DNA from: Gemmatimonadales bacterium
GTDB lineage: Bacteria; Gemmatimonadota; Gemmatimonadetes; Gemmatimonadales; GWC2-71-9
Length of the DNA: 39,517 nucleotides
Direction: 5' to 3'
Assembly: GCA_043741355.1 (NCBI GenBank)
Contig: JAYUAL010000438.1
Coordinates: 1 to 39,517, forward strand
The notes beneath the pieces are model-generated. The model was not told where the DNA came from, ran no database searches, and saw only the letters and a program-made list of their open reading frames with translations. Both the position numbers and the translations under genes were made by a program. How positions within the stretch are numbered: position 1 is the first letter of the stretch; each line of letters begins with the position of its first letter. Shown here piece by piece: positions 15,853 through 23,426 of the stretch.

Positions 15853-17295
15853 ATGCCCCGACTCCCGCTCATCCCCTCCCCATCGGGCTCGGCCTGGCCA
15901 GCGCTGGCCCTGTCGCTGCTCTTCGCCTGCGGCGGGTCGGTCCCCACGACGGCTCCGCCACCGGCAGCGCCGCGGATTCAGGCGCTGCTCGACACCGTGC
16001 AGCAACGCACCTTCAACTTCTTCTGGGAGCGGACCGAGGCCGCCACCGGCCTCACGCCGGATCGCTGGCCCACGCCGTCGTTCTCGAGCATTGCGGCCGT
16101 CGGGTTCGCCCTCACCGCCTATCCGATCGGCGTCGAGCAGGGCTACGTGACGCGTAGCGCCGCAGCGAATCGGGTGCTCACGACGCTGCAATTCTTCTAT
16201 CAATTGCCCCAGGGCCCTGGGACGTCCGGCATCGGCGGCTATCAGGGCTTCTTCTATCATTTTCTCGATATGTCTAGCGGGCTCCGATACCAAACGGTGG
16301 AGTTGTCCAGCATCGACACGTCGTTGCTCATGGCAGGGGTCTTGTTCTGCCAACAGTACTTCGACCGAGCCGACTCCGCCGAGGCCGCGATTCGGGCCTA
16401 CGCCGACTCACTGTACCGCCGGGTGGATTGGCGTTGGTTCCAGCCGCGGCCGCCGCTGCTATCGCACGGCTGGAGCGAGGAAGGCTTTAACAACCTCGAT
16501 TGGCGCGGCCTGGATGAGGCGATGATTATCTACATCCTCGCGCTCGGATCGCCGACCCACGCCGTCGACCCCGCAGCTTGGAACGCCTGGGCCGCCACCT
16601 ACCAATGGGGTGATTTCTATAGCCAGCCCCACGTTGGCTTCGCCCCGCTCTTCGGCCATCAGTACACCCAAATCTGGGTGGATTTCCGGGGCATCGCCGA
16701 CGACTACATGCGGAGCAAGGGGATCGACTACTTCGAGAATTCCCGCCGCGCCACCTACGCGCAGCGCGGCTACGCCATCGCCAACCCCAACGACTGGGAC
16801 GGCTACGGGGCGGCGATTTTCGGCCTCTCTGCAGCGGACGGTCCCCGGGACGTGACGCTGACCGTACGCGGCCGTCCCCGCCGCTTCTTCAGCTATGCCG
16901 CGCGCGGCGCCTCGTTCACCGAGGTGCGCGACGACGGCACCATCGCCCCCACCGCAGCGGCGAGTTCGATCCCCTTCGCGCCGGAGATCGTCGGACCCGC
17001 GCTGGTGGCCATGCGGGAGCGCTATGGCGACGGCCTGTTCGGGCAGTACGGATTCTTCGACTCATTCAATCCCACCTGGCAGTGGGCGCAACCGGCACCC
17101 CAGTATGGGCGCTATCTGCCGGGAAAGGGCTGGTTCGACACTGATTACCTGGGGATCGACCAGGGGCCGATCCTGGCGATGATCGCCAACTACCGGACCG
17201 AATTGGTGTGGAAGTACATGCGGAGGAGCCCCTACGTGATCCAGGGCCTCCGTCGGGCGGGCTTCAGGGGCGGCTGGCTCGACGCGGCACCATGA
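15853..17295 (+). CDS. GH144-like (COG5368 'glucoamylase-like'/DUF3131) lipoprotein; candidate endo-beta-1,2-glucanase
   Basis: Internal ATG at 15853. The lipobox is LLFAC. The region LLDTVQQRTFNFFWERTEAATGLTPDRWP...AAVGFALTAYPIG...GFFYHFLD...SSIDTSLLMAGVLF resembles the (alpha/alpha)6 GH144 family as I remember it. The assignment has not been verified by a search. Confidence 0.6.
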   Translation: MPRLPLIPSPSGSAWPALALSLLFACGGSVPTTAPPPAAPRIQALLDTVQQRTFNFFWERTEAATGLTPDRWPTPSFSSIAAVGFALTAYPIGVEQGYVTRSAAANRVLTTLQFFYQLPQGPGTSGIGGYQGFFYHFLDMSSGLRYQTVELSSIDTSLLMAGVLFCQQYFDRADSAEAAIRAYADSLYRRVDWRWFQPRPPLLSHGWSEEGFNNLDWRGLDEAMIIYILALGSPTHAVDPAAWNAWAATYQWGDFYSQPHVGFAPLFGHQYTQIWVDFRGIADDYMRSKGIDYFENSRRATYAQRGYAIANPNDWDGYGAAIFGLSAADGPRDVTLTVRGRPRRFFSYAARGASFTEVRDDGTIAPTAAASSIPFAPEIVGPALVAMRERYGDGLFGQYGFFDSFNPTWQWAQPAPQYGRYLPGKGWFDTDYLGIDQGPILAMIANYRTELVWKYMRRSPYVIQGLRRAGFRGGWLDAAP

Positions 17296-18596
17296 GAGGA
17301 CGCAAGGACGCAAGGATGCAAGGACGCAAGGTTGAAGCCGTTCCTCGCTTTGCGTCTTTGCGTCTTTGCGTCTTTGCGTCTTTTCTGGGAGCCTGCACCG
17401 CCACCGACGACTCAACGCTCCGCTTCTGGGCCTTCGGGCGCGAGGGCGAAGTGGTGCAGGAGCTGGCCCACGACTTCGAGCGCGAGCACCCGGGGGTCCG
17501 AATACGGGTCCAGCAGATTCCCTGGAGCGCGGCGCACGAGAAGCTCCTCACTGCTATCGTGGGACGCGCCTCTCCCGACATCGCGCAGATGGGCAATACC
17601 TGGATTCCGGAGATGGTCACCCTGGGCGCGCTCGCTCCGCTCCCATTCAAGCTCGCCAACAGTAGCTACTTCCCCGGCATCGTGGCCACCAACATCGTTG
17701 ACGACACGCTCTACGGGCTTCCCTGGTACGTGGACACCCGAGTGCTTTTCTACCGGAAGGACATCCTCGCCAAGGCAGGCTATCGCACCATGCCGGAGAG
17801 CTGGGCCGGCTGGCGCGAAGCGATGCTGGCGATCAAGCGAACGGCAGGGCCCGGACGCTACGCCATCTTCCTGCCGATGAACGAGTGGCCGCCACTGGCG
17901 ATCCTCGGGCTGCAGGCCGGCTCGCCGCTGGTCACCGAGCAGGGCTTCGGCGCCTTCCGGCAGCCGGCCTTCTCCCAAGCCTTCGACTTCCTGCTGTCGC
18001 TCTATCGCGACGGCCTCGCTGCTCCGGTCAGCAGTAACGAAATCGCGAATCTCTACCAAGAGTTTTCTCGCGGCACCTTCGCGATGTACATCTCCGGCCC
18101 CTGGAATCTGGGAGAGTTCCGCCGCCGGCTCCCCCCTGAGCAGCAGAACGCCTGGGGCACCGCGGCGCTGCCCGGTCCAACCGGCCCCCAGTCGGGCGTG
18201 TCGCTGGCCGGCGGCTCCAGCCTGGTGGTGTTCCGGTCCTCGCGCCACCAGGCGCTCGCGAATGAGCTGGTCGAGTATCTCTCCCGGCCCGAGCAGCAGG
18301 CCCGGTTTTACCGACTCACCGGCGATCTTCCCGCCCGCCGTGAGGCCTGGGCCGACTCCGCGCTGGCCCAGGACCGCGAGGCGGATGCCTTCCGGATCCA
18401 GCTCGAGCGCGCGGTTCCGACGCCGATGGTGCCGGAGTGGGAGGAAGTCACCACGAAGTTGATGGACCACGTCGAGGCGGCGGTGCGAGGCGGCCAGGCG
18501 CCCGCCGCGGCACTGGCGGCGCTCGATGGCGACGTGGACCGGCTGCTGGAGCGGCGCCGCTACCTCAAAAGCCGCCGCGCCGGCGGCGCGCCATGA
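17292..18596 (+). CDS. ABC transporter extracellular solute-binding lipoprotein (CUT1/family 1 sugar SBP)
   Basis: The start is ATG 17292 (ATGA overlap with the upstream stop) or ATG 17316. The lipobox is FLGAC. The family-1 SBP body includes LRFWAFG...IPWSAAHEKL...GNTWIPE...LPWYVDTRVLFYRKD. Confidence 0.85.
   Translation: MRGRKDARMQGRKVEAVPRFASLRLCVFASFLGACTATDDSTLRFWAFGREGEVVQELAHDFEREHPGVRIRVQQIPWSAAHEKLLTAIVGRASPDIAQMGNTWIPEMVTLGALAPLPFKLANSSYFPGIVATNIVDDTLYGLPWYVDTRVLFYRKDILAKAGYRTMPESWAGWREAMLAIKRTAGPGRYAIFLPMNEWPPLAILGLQAGSPLVTEQGFGAFRQPAFSQAFDFLLSLYRDGLAAPVSSNEIANLYQEFSRGTFAMYISGPWNLGEFRRRLPPEQQNAWGTAALPGPTGPQSGVSLAGGSSLVVFRSSRHQALANELVEYLSRPEQQARFYRLTGDLPARREAWADSALAQDREADAFRIQLERAVPTPMVPEWEEVTTKLMDHVEAAVRGGQAPAAALAALDGDVDRLLERRRYLKSRRAGGAP
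17294..17385 (+). repeat. Inverted arrays of 8-nt tandem repeats: (GGACGCAA)x4 and (CTTTGCGT)x4, forming a 38-bp stem with a 16-nt loop
   Basis: I paired 17294-17331 with 17348-17385 base by base. This gave 31 Watson-Crick pairs plus 7 G.U pairs and no mismatch. The structure spans the GH144 stop and both candidate starts of the solute-binding-protein gene. Confidence 0.85.
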
Positions 18597-19486
18597 CCAT
18601 GCGCGAAGGGCGGACGGAATCGCGGGCCGGCTGGGGATTCGTGACGCCCGCGCTCCTCCTGATCGGGGTGTTCTTCGCCATCCCCGTGGCGAGCGCCTTC
18701 CTGCTCTCCTTCACCGACTTCGACATCTACTCGATCGGTGATGTTGCCAGCACCCGCTTTATCGGCCTCAAGAACTACCGTGACCTGGCGGCGATGCCGC
18801 TCTTCTGGACCGCGCTCAAGAACACCATATTTTTCGTGGTGGTAGGGGGGCCGCTGTCCGCGGCCGCCTCGCTCGCCGCGGCGCTGATGGTCCACTCGAA
18901 GCTGACCCGTTTCAAGCCCTTTTTCCGGAGCGCCTTCTTTGCGCCCTGGGTGACGACGCTGGTAGCCGTGGCCCTGGTGTGGCGTTACATCTACCACCCC
19001 CAGTACGGCCTCCTCAACGCAGCCCTCGGCCATCTGGGCATCGGACCGGTCGACTGGCTGGGCAATCCCCACTGGGCCATGCCCTCGATCATTCTCCTCT
19101 CGGTCTGGAAAAACTTCGGCTACAACATGCTGGTGTTCCTCGCGGGGCTCGCCAGCATTCCGGAGGAACTCTACGAGGCCGCCGCGCTGGACGGGGCGGG
19201 GGCCTGGCACCGTTTCCGCCACATCACGCTGCCGATGCTTGGCCCGACGTTCGTGTTCGTGGGCGTGGTGACGATGATCGCATCGTTCCAGATATTCAGT
19301 GAGCCCTACGTCATGACCCAGGGAGGGCCGCTTAAGAGCACCACGACGCTGGTGCTGCTGATGTACGAACAGGGGTTCCGCTGGTGGCGCCTGGGTCTTT
19401 CGGCCGCTATCGCGGTGGTGCTGTTTCTGCTGACCCTGGGTGGCACGCTGATCCAGCTCCGGCTCCAGCGGCGCGGCGCGAAGTGA
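18593..19486 (+). CDS. ABC sugar transporter permease (MalF/UgpA-like)
   Basis: ATG 18593 overlaps the SBP stop (ATGA). The protein has six hydrophobic segments and the EAA loop EAAALDGAGAWHRFRHITLPML. Confidence 0.9.
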   Translation: MTMREGRTESRAGWGFVTPALLLIGVFFAIPVASAFLLSFTDFDIYSIGDVASTRFIGLKNYRDLAAMPLFWTALKNTIFFVVVGGPLSAAASLAAALMVHSKLTRFKPFFRSAFFAPWVTTLVAVALVWRYIYHPQYGLLNAALGHLGIGPVDWLGNPHWAMPSIILLSVWKNFGYNMLVFLAGLASIPEELYEAAALDGAGAWHRFRHITLPMLGPTFVFVGVVTMIASFQIFSEPYVMTQGGPLKSTTTLVLLMYEQGFRWWRLGLSAAIAVVLFLLTLGGTLIQLRLQRRGAK

Positions 19487-20304
19487 GGATCCGCTGGAAG
19501 GTCCTGGGCTTCAACGCGATGCTGCTGGTGGCGGCGTTTCTCGCCGCGGCGCCGCTGCTGTGGATGATATCAGCGTCGTTCATGCGAGGTGGCGAAGCAA
19601 ACACCTCGCCCCCGCCCCTGCTGCCGGGGCATCCGACGCTCGAGCACTACCGGGCGCTGTTTACCGGCCTGAACTTGGGCCGCTATTTCCTCAACAGCCT
19701 CGGCATCGCGCTGGGCGGCACCGTCCTGGCGGTGCTGATCACCGCAATGGCCGGGTACGCCTTCGCCAAGCTGCGCTTCCGGGGCCGGGACTCGCTATTC
19801 CGCGCGCTGTTGGCCGGCATGGTCATTCCCGGGCAGGTGGCGATGCTGCCGATGTTCATCCTCCTCCGCGAGATGGGGCTGATCAACACCCTTTTCGGCG
19901 CCATGGTGCCGGTGCTGGCACCGATCTACGGAATCTTCCTGGTACGCCAGTACGCACTGTCCATTCCGGACGACTTGCTCGACGCGGCGCGCCTGGACGG
20001 GGCCAGCGAGTTTCACATCTTCCGCGCGGTGGTGTTGCCGGCGATCACCCCGGTGCTCGCTACGCTTGGCGTTTTCTCGTTCCTGAGTGCGTGGAATGAT
20101 TTCATGTGGCCCCTCATCGTGCTGAGCGACGACGCCCACTACACCCTGCCGGTGGCACTCGCCAACCTGGCGGGCGAACATGTGCAGGACGTGGAGCTGA
20201 TGATGGGTGGGGCGGTGGTGACGGTGCTGCCGGTCTTCCTCGCGTTCCTGTTCCTGCAGCGCCACTACATCCAGGGCATCATGGCGGGCAGCGTGAAGGG
20301 ATGA
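19483..20304 (+). CDS. ABC sugar transporter permease (MalG/UgpE-like)
   Basis: GTG 19483 overlaps the upstream stop (GTGA). An alternative start is ATG 19519. The EAA loop is DAARLDGASEFHIFRAVVLPAITP. Confidence 0.9.
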   Translation: MRIRWKVLGFNAMLLVAAFLAAAPLLWMISASFMRGGEANTSPPPLLPGHPTLEHYRALFTGLNLGRYFLNSLGIALGGTVLAVLITAMAGYAFAKLRFRGRDSLFRALLAGMVIPGQVAMLPMFILLREMGLINTLFGAMVPVLAPIYGIFLVRQYALSIPDDLLDAARLDGASEFHIFRAVVLPAITPVLATLGVFSFLSAWNDFMWPLIVLSDDAHYTLPVALANLAGEHVQDVELMMGGAVVTVLPVFLAFLFLQRHYIQGIMAGSVKG

Positions 20305-23300
20305 GCGGTCTCCTGCTGCTCGCGCTGGCGCAGGCCGTCGGGCCCGCCGCCCCAATACTGTTAGATGACTTTGTGCACCCCGAAGCCTGGTCGGCCCATC
20401 CCGCCGACGGCGTGCTGCTCACCCTCGTCGGCGATCGCGGGAGGAGCGGCAAGGCGCTCCGTCTCGATTTTTCGTTTGCCGGCGGCGGCGGGTATGCCAT
20501 CGCGCGCCGGGCCACCGCGATAGATCTGCCGCCGAACTACGCCTTCTCGTTCTGGATCAAGGGCGAGGCCCAGCCTAACACGCTCGAATTCAAGCTTCTC
20601 GACCGTACTGGCGACAACGTCTGGTGGTACACCGAGCCGGACCTTGTCTTCGACGGACAGTGGCACAAGATCACCGTGCGCAAGCGGCAGATCAGGTTTG
20701 CCTGGGGGCCGCAGGGAGGGGGGCCATTGGGGCACGTGGCCGCCATCGAGCTGGTGATCACCGCCGGACGGGGCGGGGGTTCGGGTCGAGTCTGGTTCGG
20801 CCAATTGGCGCTCATCCCGATAGTCGATGTGGGGCCCTACGCTCTCACCCCCAAGGTGACCGCGTCCTCGGCGCTGCCGGGGCACTCGGCCGCAGCCCTC
20901 CTCGATGGCGACACGACCACCAGCTGGCGCGCCGCCGCTCCCCGCGCCTCCTTCACGATCGACTTCCTCCGTCGGAGGGAATACGGCGGGCTGACGCTGG
21001 TTTGGGATAGATATGCTCCCGCGAACTACGCGGTGCGGACCTCGGACGACGGCACCCGGTGGCGCAGGGTTGCGCGGCGGCCCGGGGGAGCTGGCACCCG
21101 CGACTACCTCTACCTCCCCGAGACCGAATCCCGTTTTCTCCGCTTCGACCTGCTGGGAAGCCGGGGTAACGTGGGCCTCCGCGAGGTCCGGATCGAGCCG
21201 CTGGAATGGTCCGCGTCACGCAACGCCTTCTTCAGCGCCATCGCCGCTGACGCGGCACGAGGTACCTACCCTCGCTATTTCAGCGGTGAGCGGGCCGATT
21301 GGACGGTGGTAGGCGCGGACGGCGCGGTCGAGGAGGCGCTGCTCAGCGAAGACGGTGCCATCGAGTTGGGCACCGGCGCGTGGAGCGTCGAGCCGTTCGT
21401 ATTGGTCGGGGGGGGGCTGCTGACCTGGAATGATGTGCGCACCACCCCTTCGCTCGAGCGGTCCAGGCTCCCGATACCCTCGGTCGAGTGGCGCGCCGGG
21501 GATTTGTCGCTCACGGTCACGGCGTTCGCGGTGGGAAGCGACACCGGCTCGAGCGTCGTCGCGCGCTACCGGGTCCGCAACCTGGGGCGCGGACTCCTCC
21601 GCGGGACGCTCTACCTGGCCATCCGCCCGTTCCAGGTGAACCCGCCCTGGCAGTTCCTCGGCACGCCCGGGGGAGTGTCCCGGGTGGACTCGCTGCGCTG
21701 GGATGGCACAACCGTGCGCGTCAACGCCGATCGTGCGGTGATTCCCCTCACCGCTCCGGCATCGTTCGGTGCCACGCCCTTCGGTGCCGGCGATGTCGTC
21801 ACCCAGCTGCGTGAGGGAATCCTTCCGGCCCGACGGTTCGCGCATGATTCGCTGGGCAACGCTTCCGGCGCGCTGGCCTGGCCGCTCCGGCTCGCGGCCG
21901 GCGATTCGGCCACGATGGCGATCGAGATTCCGCTTGGGTCGGGGCGCTCGTCCCGGCTGCCGGTCGCGGGGATGGCCGGAGTGGACCGGGCCTTTGCCGC
22001 TACTGTGGCCGGCTGGACCGAGACCGTGGATCGGGCCACCATCGTGCTCCCGCCGGCGGGCCGGCATGTGGCCAACACCATCGCCAGCACCCTGGGGTAC
22101 ATCCTCATCAACCGCGACGGCCCCGCTCTACAACCGGGCTCCCGCTCCTACCAGCGCTCCTGGATCCGCGACGGCGCTCTCACCGGTGCTGCGCTGCTCC
22201 GGTTTGGACACGCGGACGCGGTCCGGGACTTCATCCGCTGGTATGCCGGATACCAATACCCCAATGGAAAGATTCCCTGCTGCGTGGACCGGCGCGGCGC
22301 CGACCCGGTGCCTGAGCACGACAGCCACGGCGAGTTCATCTACCTGGTGATGGAATACTTCCGCCACACCGGCGATCGCGCGCTGCTCACCGAGATGTGG
22401 CCCCGGGTAAAGGCCGCGGTGGGCTACATCGATGCTCTGCGGCAGACCCGTCGCACCCCGCAGTACCAGACGGGGGCCCAGCGGGTGTTTTACGGCCTGC
22501 TGCCTCCCTCGATCAGCCACGAGGGCTACTCCGCGAAGCCGATGCACTCGTACTGGGATGATTTCTTCTCGCTGCGGGGCTTGAAGGATGCCACTGCGAT
22601 GGCCGGAGTTCTCGGACTCGAAGCCGAAGCGGCATCGATCGGTGCGCTCCGCGACGAGTTTGCCCACGACCTCTACGCCTCGATTGCACTGGTCATGACG
22701 CAGCACAAAATCGACTACATCCCGGGAGCCGCCGACCTGGGAGACTTCGACGCCACCTCGACCACGATCGCGGTAACGCCCGGCGGAGAGCTCGGTACAC
22801 TGCCCCAGGCGGCGCTCGAGCGGACCTTCGAGCGGTACTGGCAGCATGCCAACGCCCGGCGAGACACCGCCGACAAGTGGGATGCATACACCCCCTATGA
22901 GCTGCGCACCGTGGGCACGCTGCTCCGGATGGGGCAGAAGGAGCGAGCGCTCGATTTGCTCGACGGCTTCATGAGAGACCAGACACCGCCCGCCTGGAAC
23001 CAGTGGCCCGAGGTCGTCTGGCGCGAGCCGAGGGCTCCCAAATTCATCGGCGACGTGCCACATACCTGGGTCGGCTCGGACTTTCTCCGCAGCGTATCAG
23101 ACCTCGTTGTGTATGAGCGCGAGGCTGACAGCGCATTGGTGATTGCCGAGGGCATCCCGGAGTCGTGGCTCGCGGACGCCGGTGTTGCGGTGAACCGGCT
23201 CAGCACCTGGTGGGGACCGATATCCTACACCGCGCGGCGCCAGGGAATCGTGGTAACGGTCAGCATCGCCGCCGGACTCCGGATTCCCCCGGGCGGACTC

Positions 23301-23426
23301 CTGATTCATCCCCCCGGCTCCCGGCCCGTGTTCCGGGCTACGGTGAACGGCGCGCCGGTGGCCCTGGGCGTCGGCGGAGCAGTTGTGATCCGCTCGGTGC
23401 CGGCAAGCATCAGCTTCGAGCGATGA
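20301..23426 (+). CDS. Large multi-domain protein of unassigned family: N-terminal CBM-like beta-sandwich, F5/8 type C (discoidin) domain, beta-sandwich, C-terminal (alpha/alpha)6 glycoside-hydrolase-like barrel
   Basis: ATG 20301 overlaps the permease stop (ATGA). The N-terminus MSGLLLLALAQAVG is hydrophobic. LLDGDTTTSWRAA...YAVRTSDDGTRW is discoidin-like. SYQRSWIRDGALTGAALLRFGH...EHDSHGEFIYLVMEYFRHTGD is a six-hairpin GH15/GH78-like motif style. Confidence 0.65.
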   Translation: MSGLLLLALAQAVGPAAPILLDDFVHPEAWSAHPADGVLLTLVGDRGRSGKALRLDFSFAGGGGYAIARRATAIDLPPNYAFSFWIKGEAQPNTLEFKLLDRTGDNVWWYTEPDLVFDGQWHKITVRKRQIRFAWGPQGGGPLGHVAAIELVITAGRGGGSGRVWFGQLALIPIVDVGPYALTPKVTASSALPGHSAAALLDGDTTTSWRAAAPRASFTIDFLRRREYGGLTLVWDRYAPANYAVRTSDDGTRWRRVARRPGGAGTRDYLYLPETESRFLRFDLLGSRGNVGLREVRIEPLEWSASRNAFFSAIAADAARGTYPRYFSGERADWTVVGADGAVEEALLSEDGAIELGTGAWSVEPFVLVGGGLLTWNDVRTTPSLERSRLPIPSVEWRAGDLSLTVTAFAVGSDTGSSVVARYRVRNLGRGLLRGTLYLAIRPFQVNPPWQFLGTPGGVSRVDSLRWDGTTVRVNADRAVIPLTAPASFGATPFGAGDVVTQLREGILPARRFAHDSLGNASGALAWPLRLAAGDSATMAIEIPLGSGRSSRLPVAGMAGVDRAFAATVAGWTETVDRATIVLPPAGRHVANTIASTLGYILINRDGPALQPGSRSYQRSWIRDGALTGAALLRFGHADAVRDFIRWYAGYQYPNGKIPCCVDRRGADPVPEHDSHGEFIYLVMEYFRHTGDRALLTEMWPRVKAAVGYIDALRQTRRTPQYQTGAQRVFYGLLPPSISHEGYSAKPMHSYWDDFFSLRGLKDATAMAGVLGLEAEAASIGALRDEFAHDLYASIALVMTQHKIDYIPGAADLGDFDATSTTIAVTPGGELGTLPQAALERTFERYWQHANARRDTADKWDAYTPYELRTVGTLLRMGQKERALDLLDGFMRDQTPPAWNQWPEVVWREPRAPKFIGDVPHTWVGSDFLRSVSDLVVYEREADSALVIAEGIPESWLADAGVAVNRLSTWWGPISYTARRQGIVVTVSIAAGLRIPPGGLLIHPPGSRPVFRATVNGAPVALGVGGAVVIRSVPASISFER

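Noticed and set aside
17298-17380. The tandem 8-mer arrays here, and the 7-mer arrays at 31102-31269, considered as a CRISPR array.
   Set aside because: The units are 7-8 nt and directly abutting, with no spacers, and no cas genes are nearby. They are short tandem repeats arranged as inverted arrays, not CRISPR.
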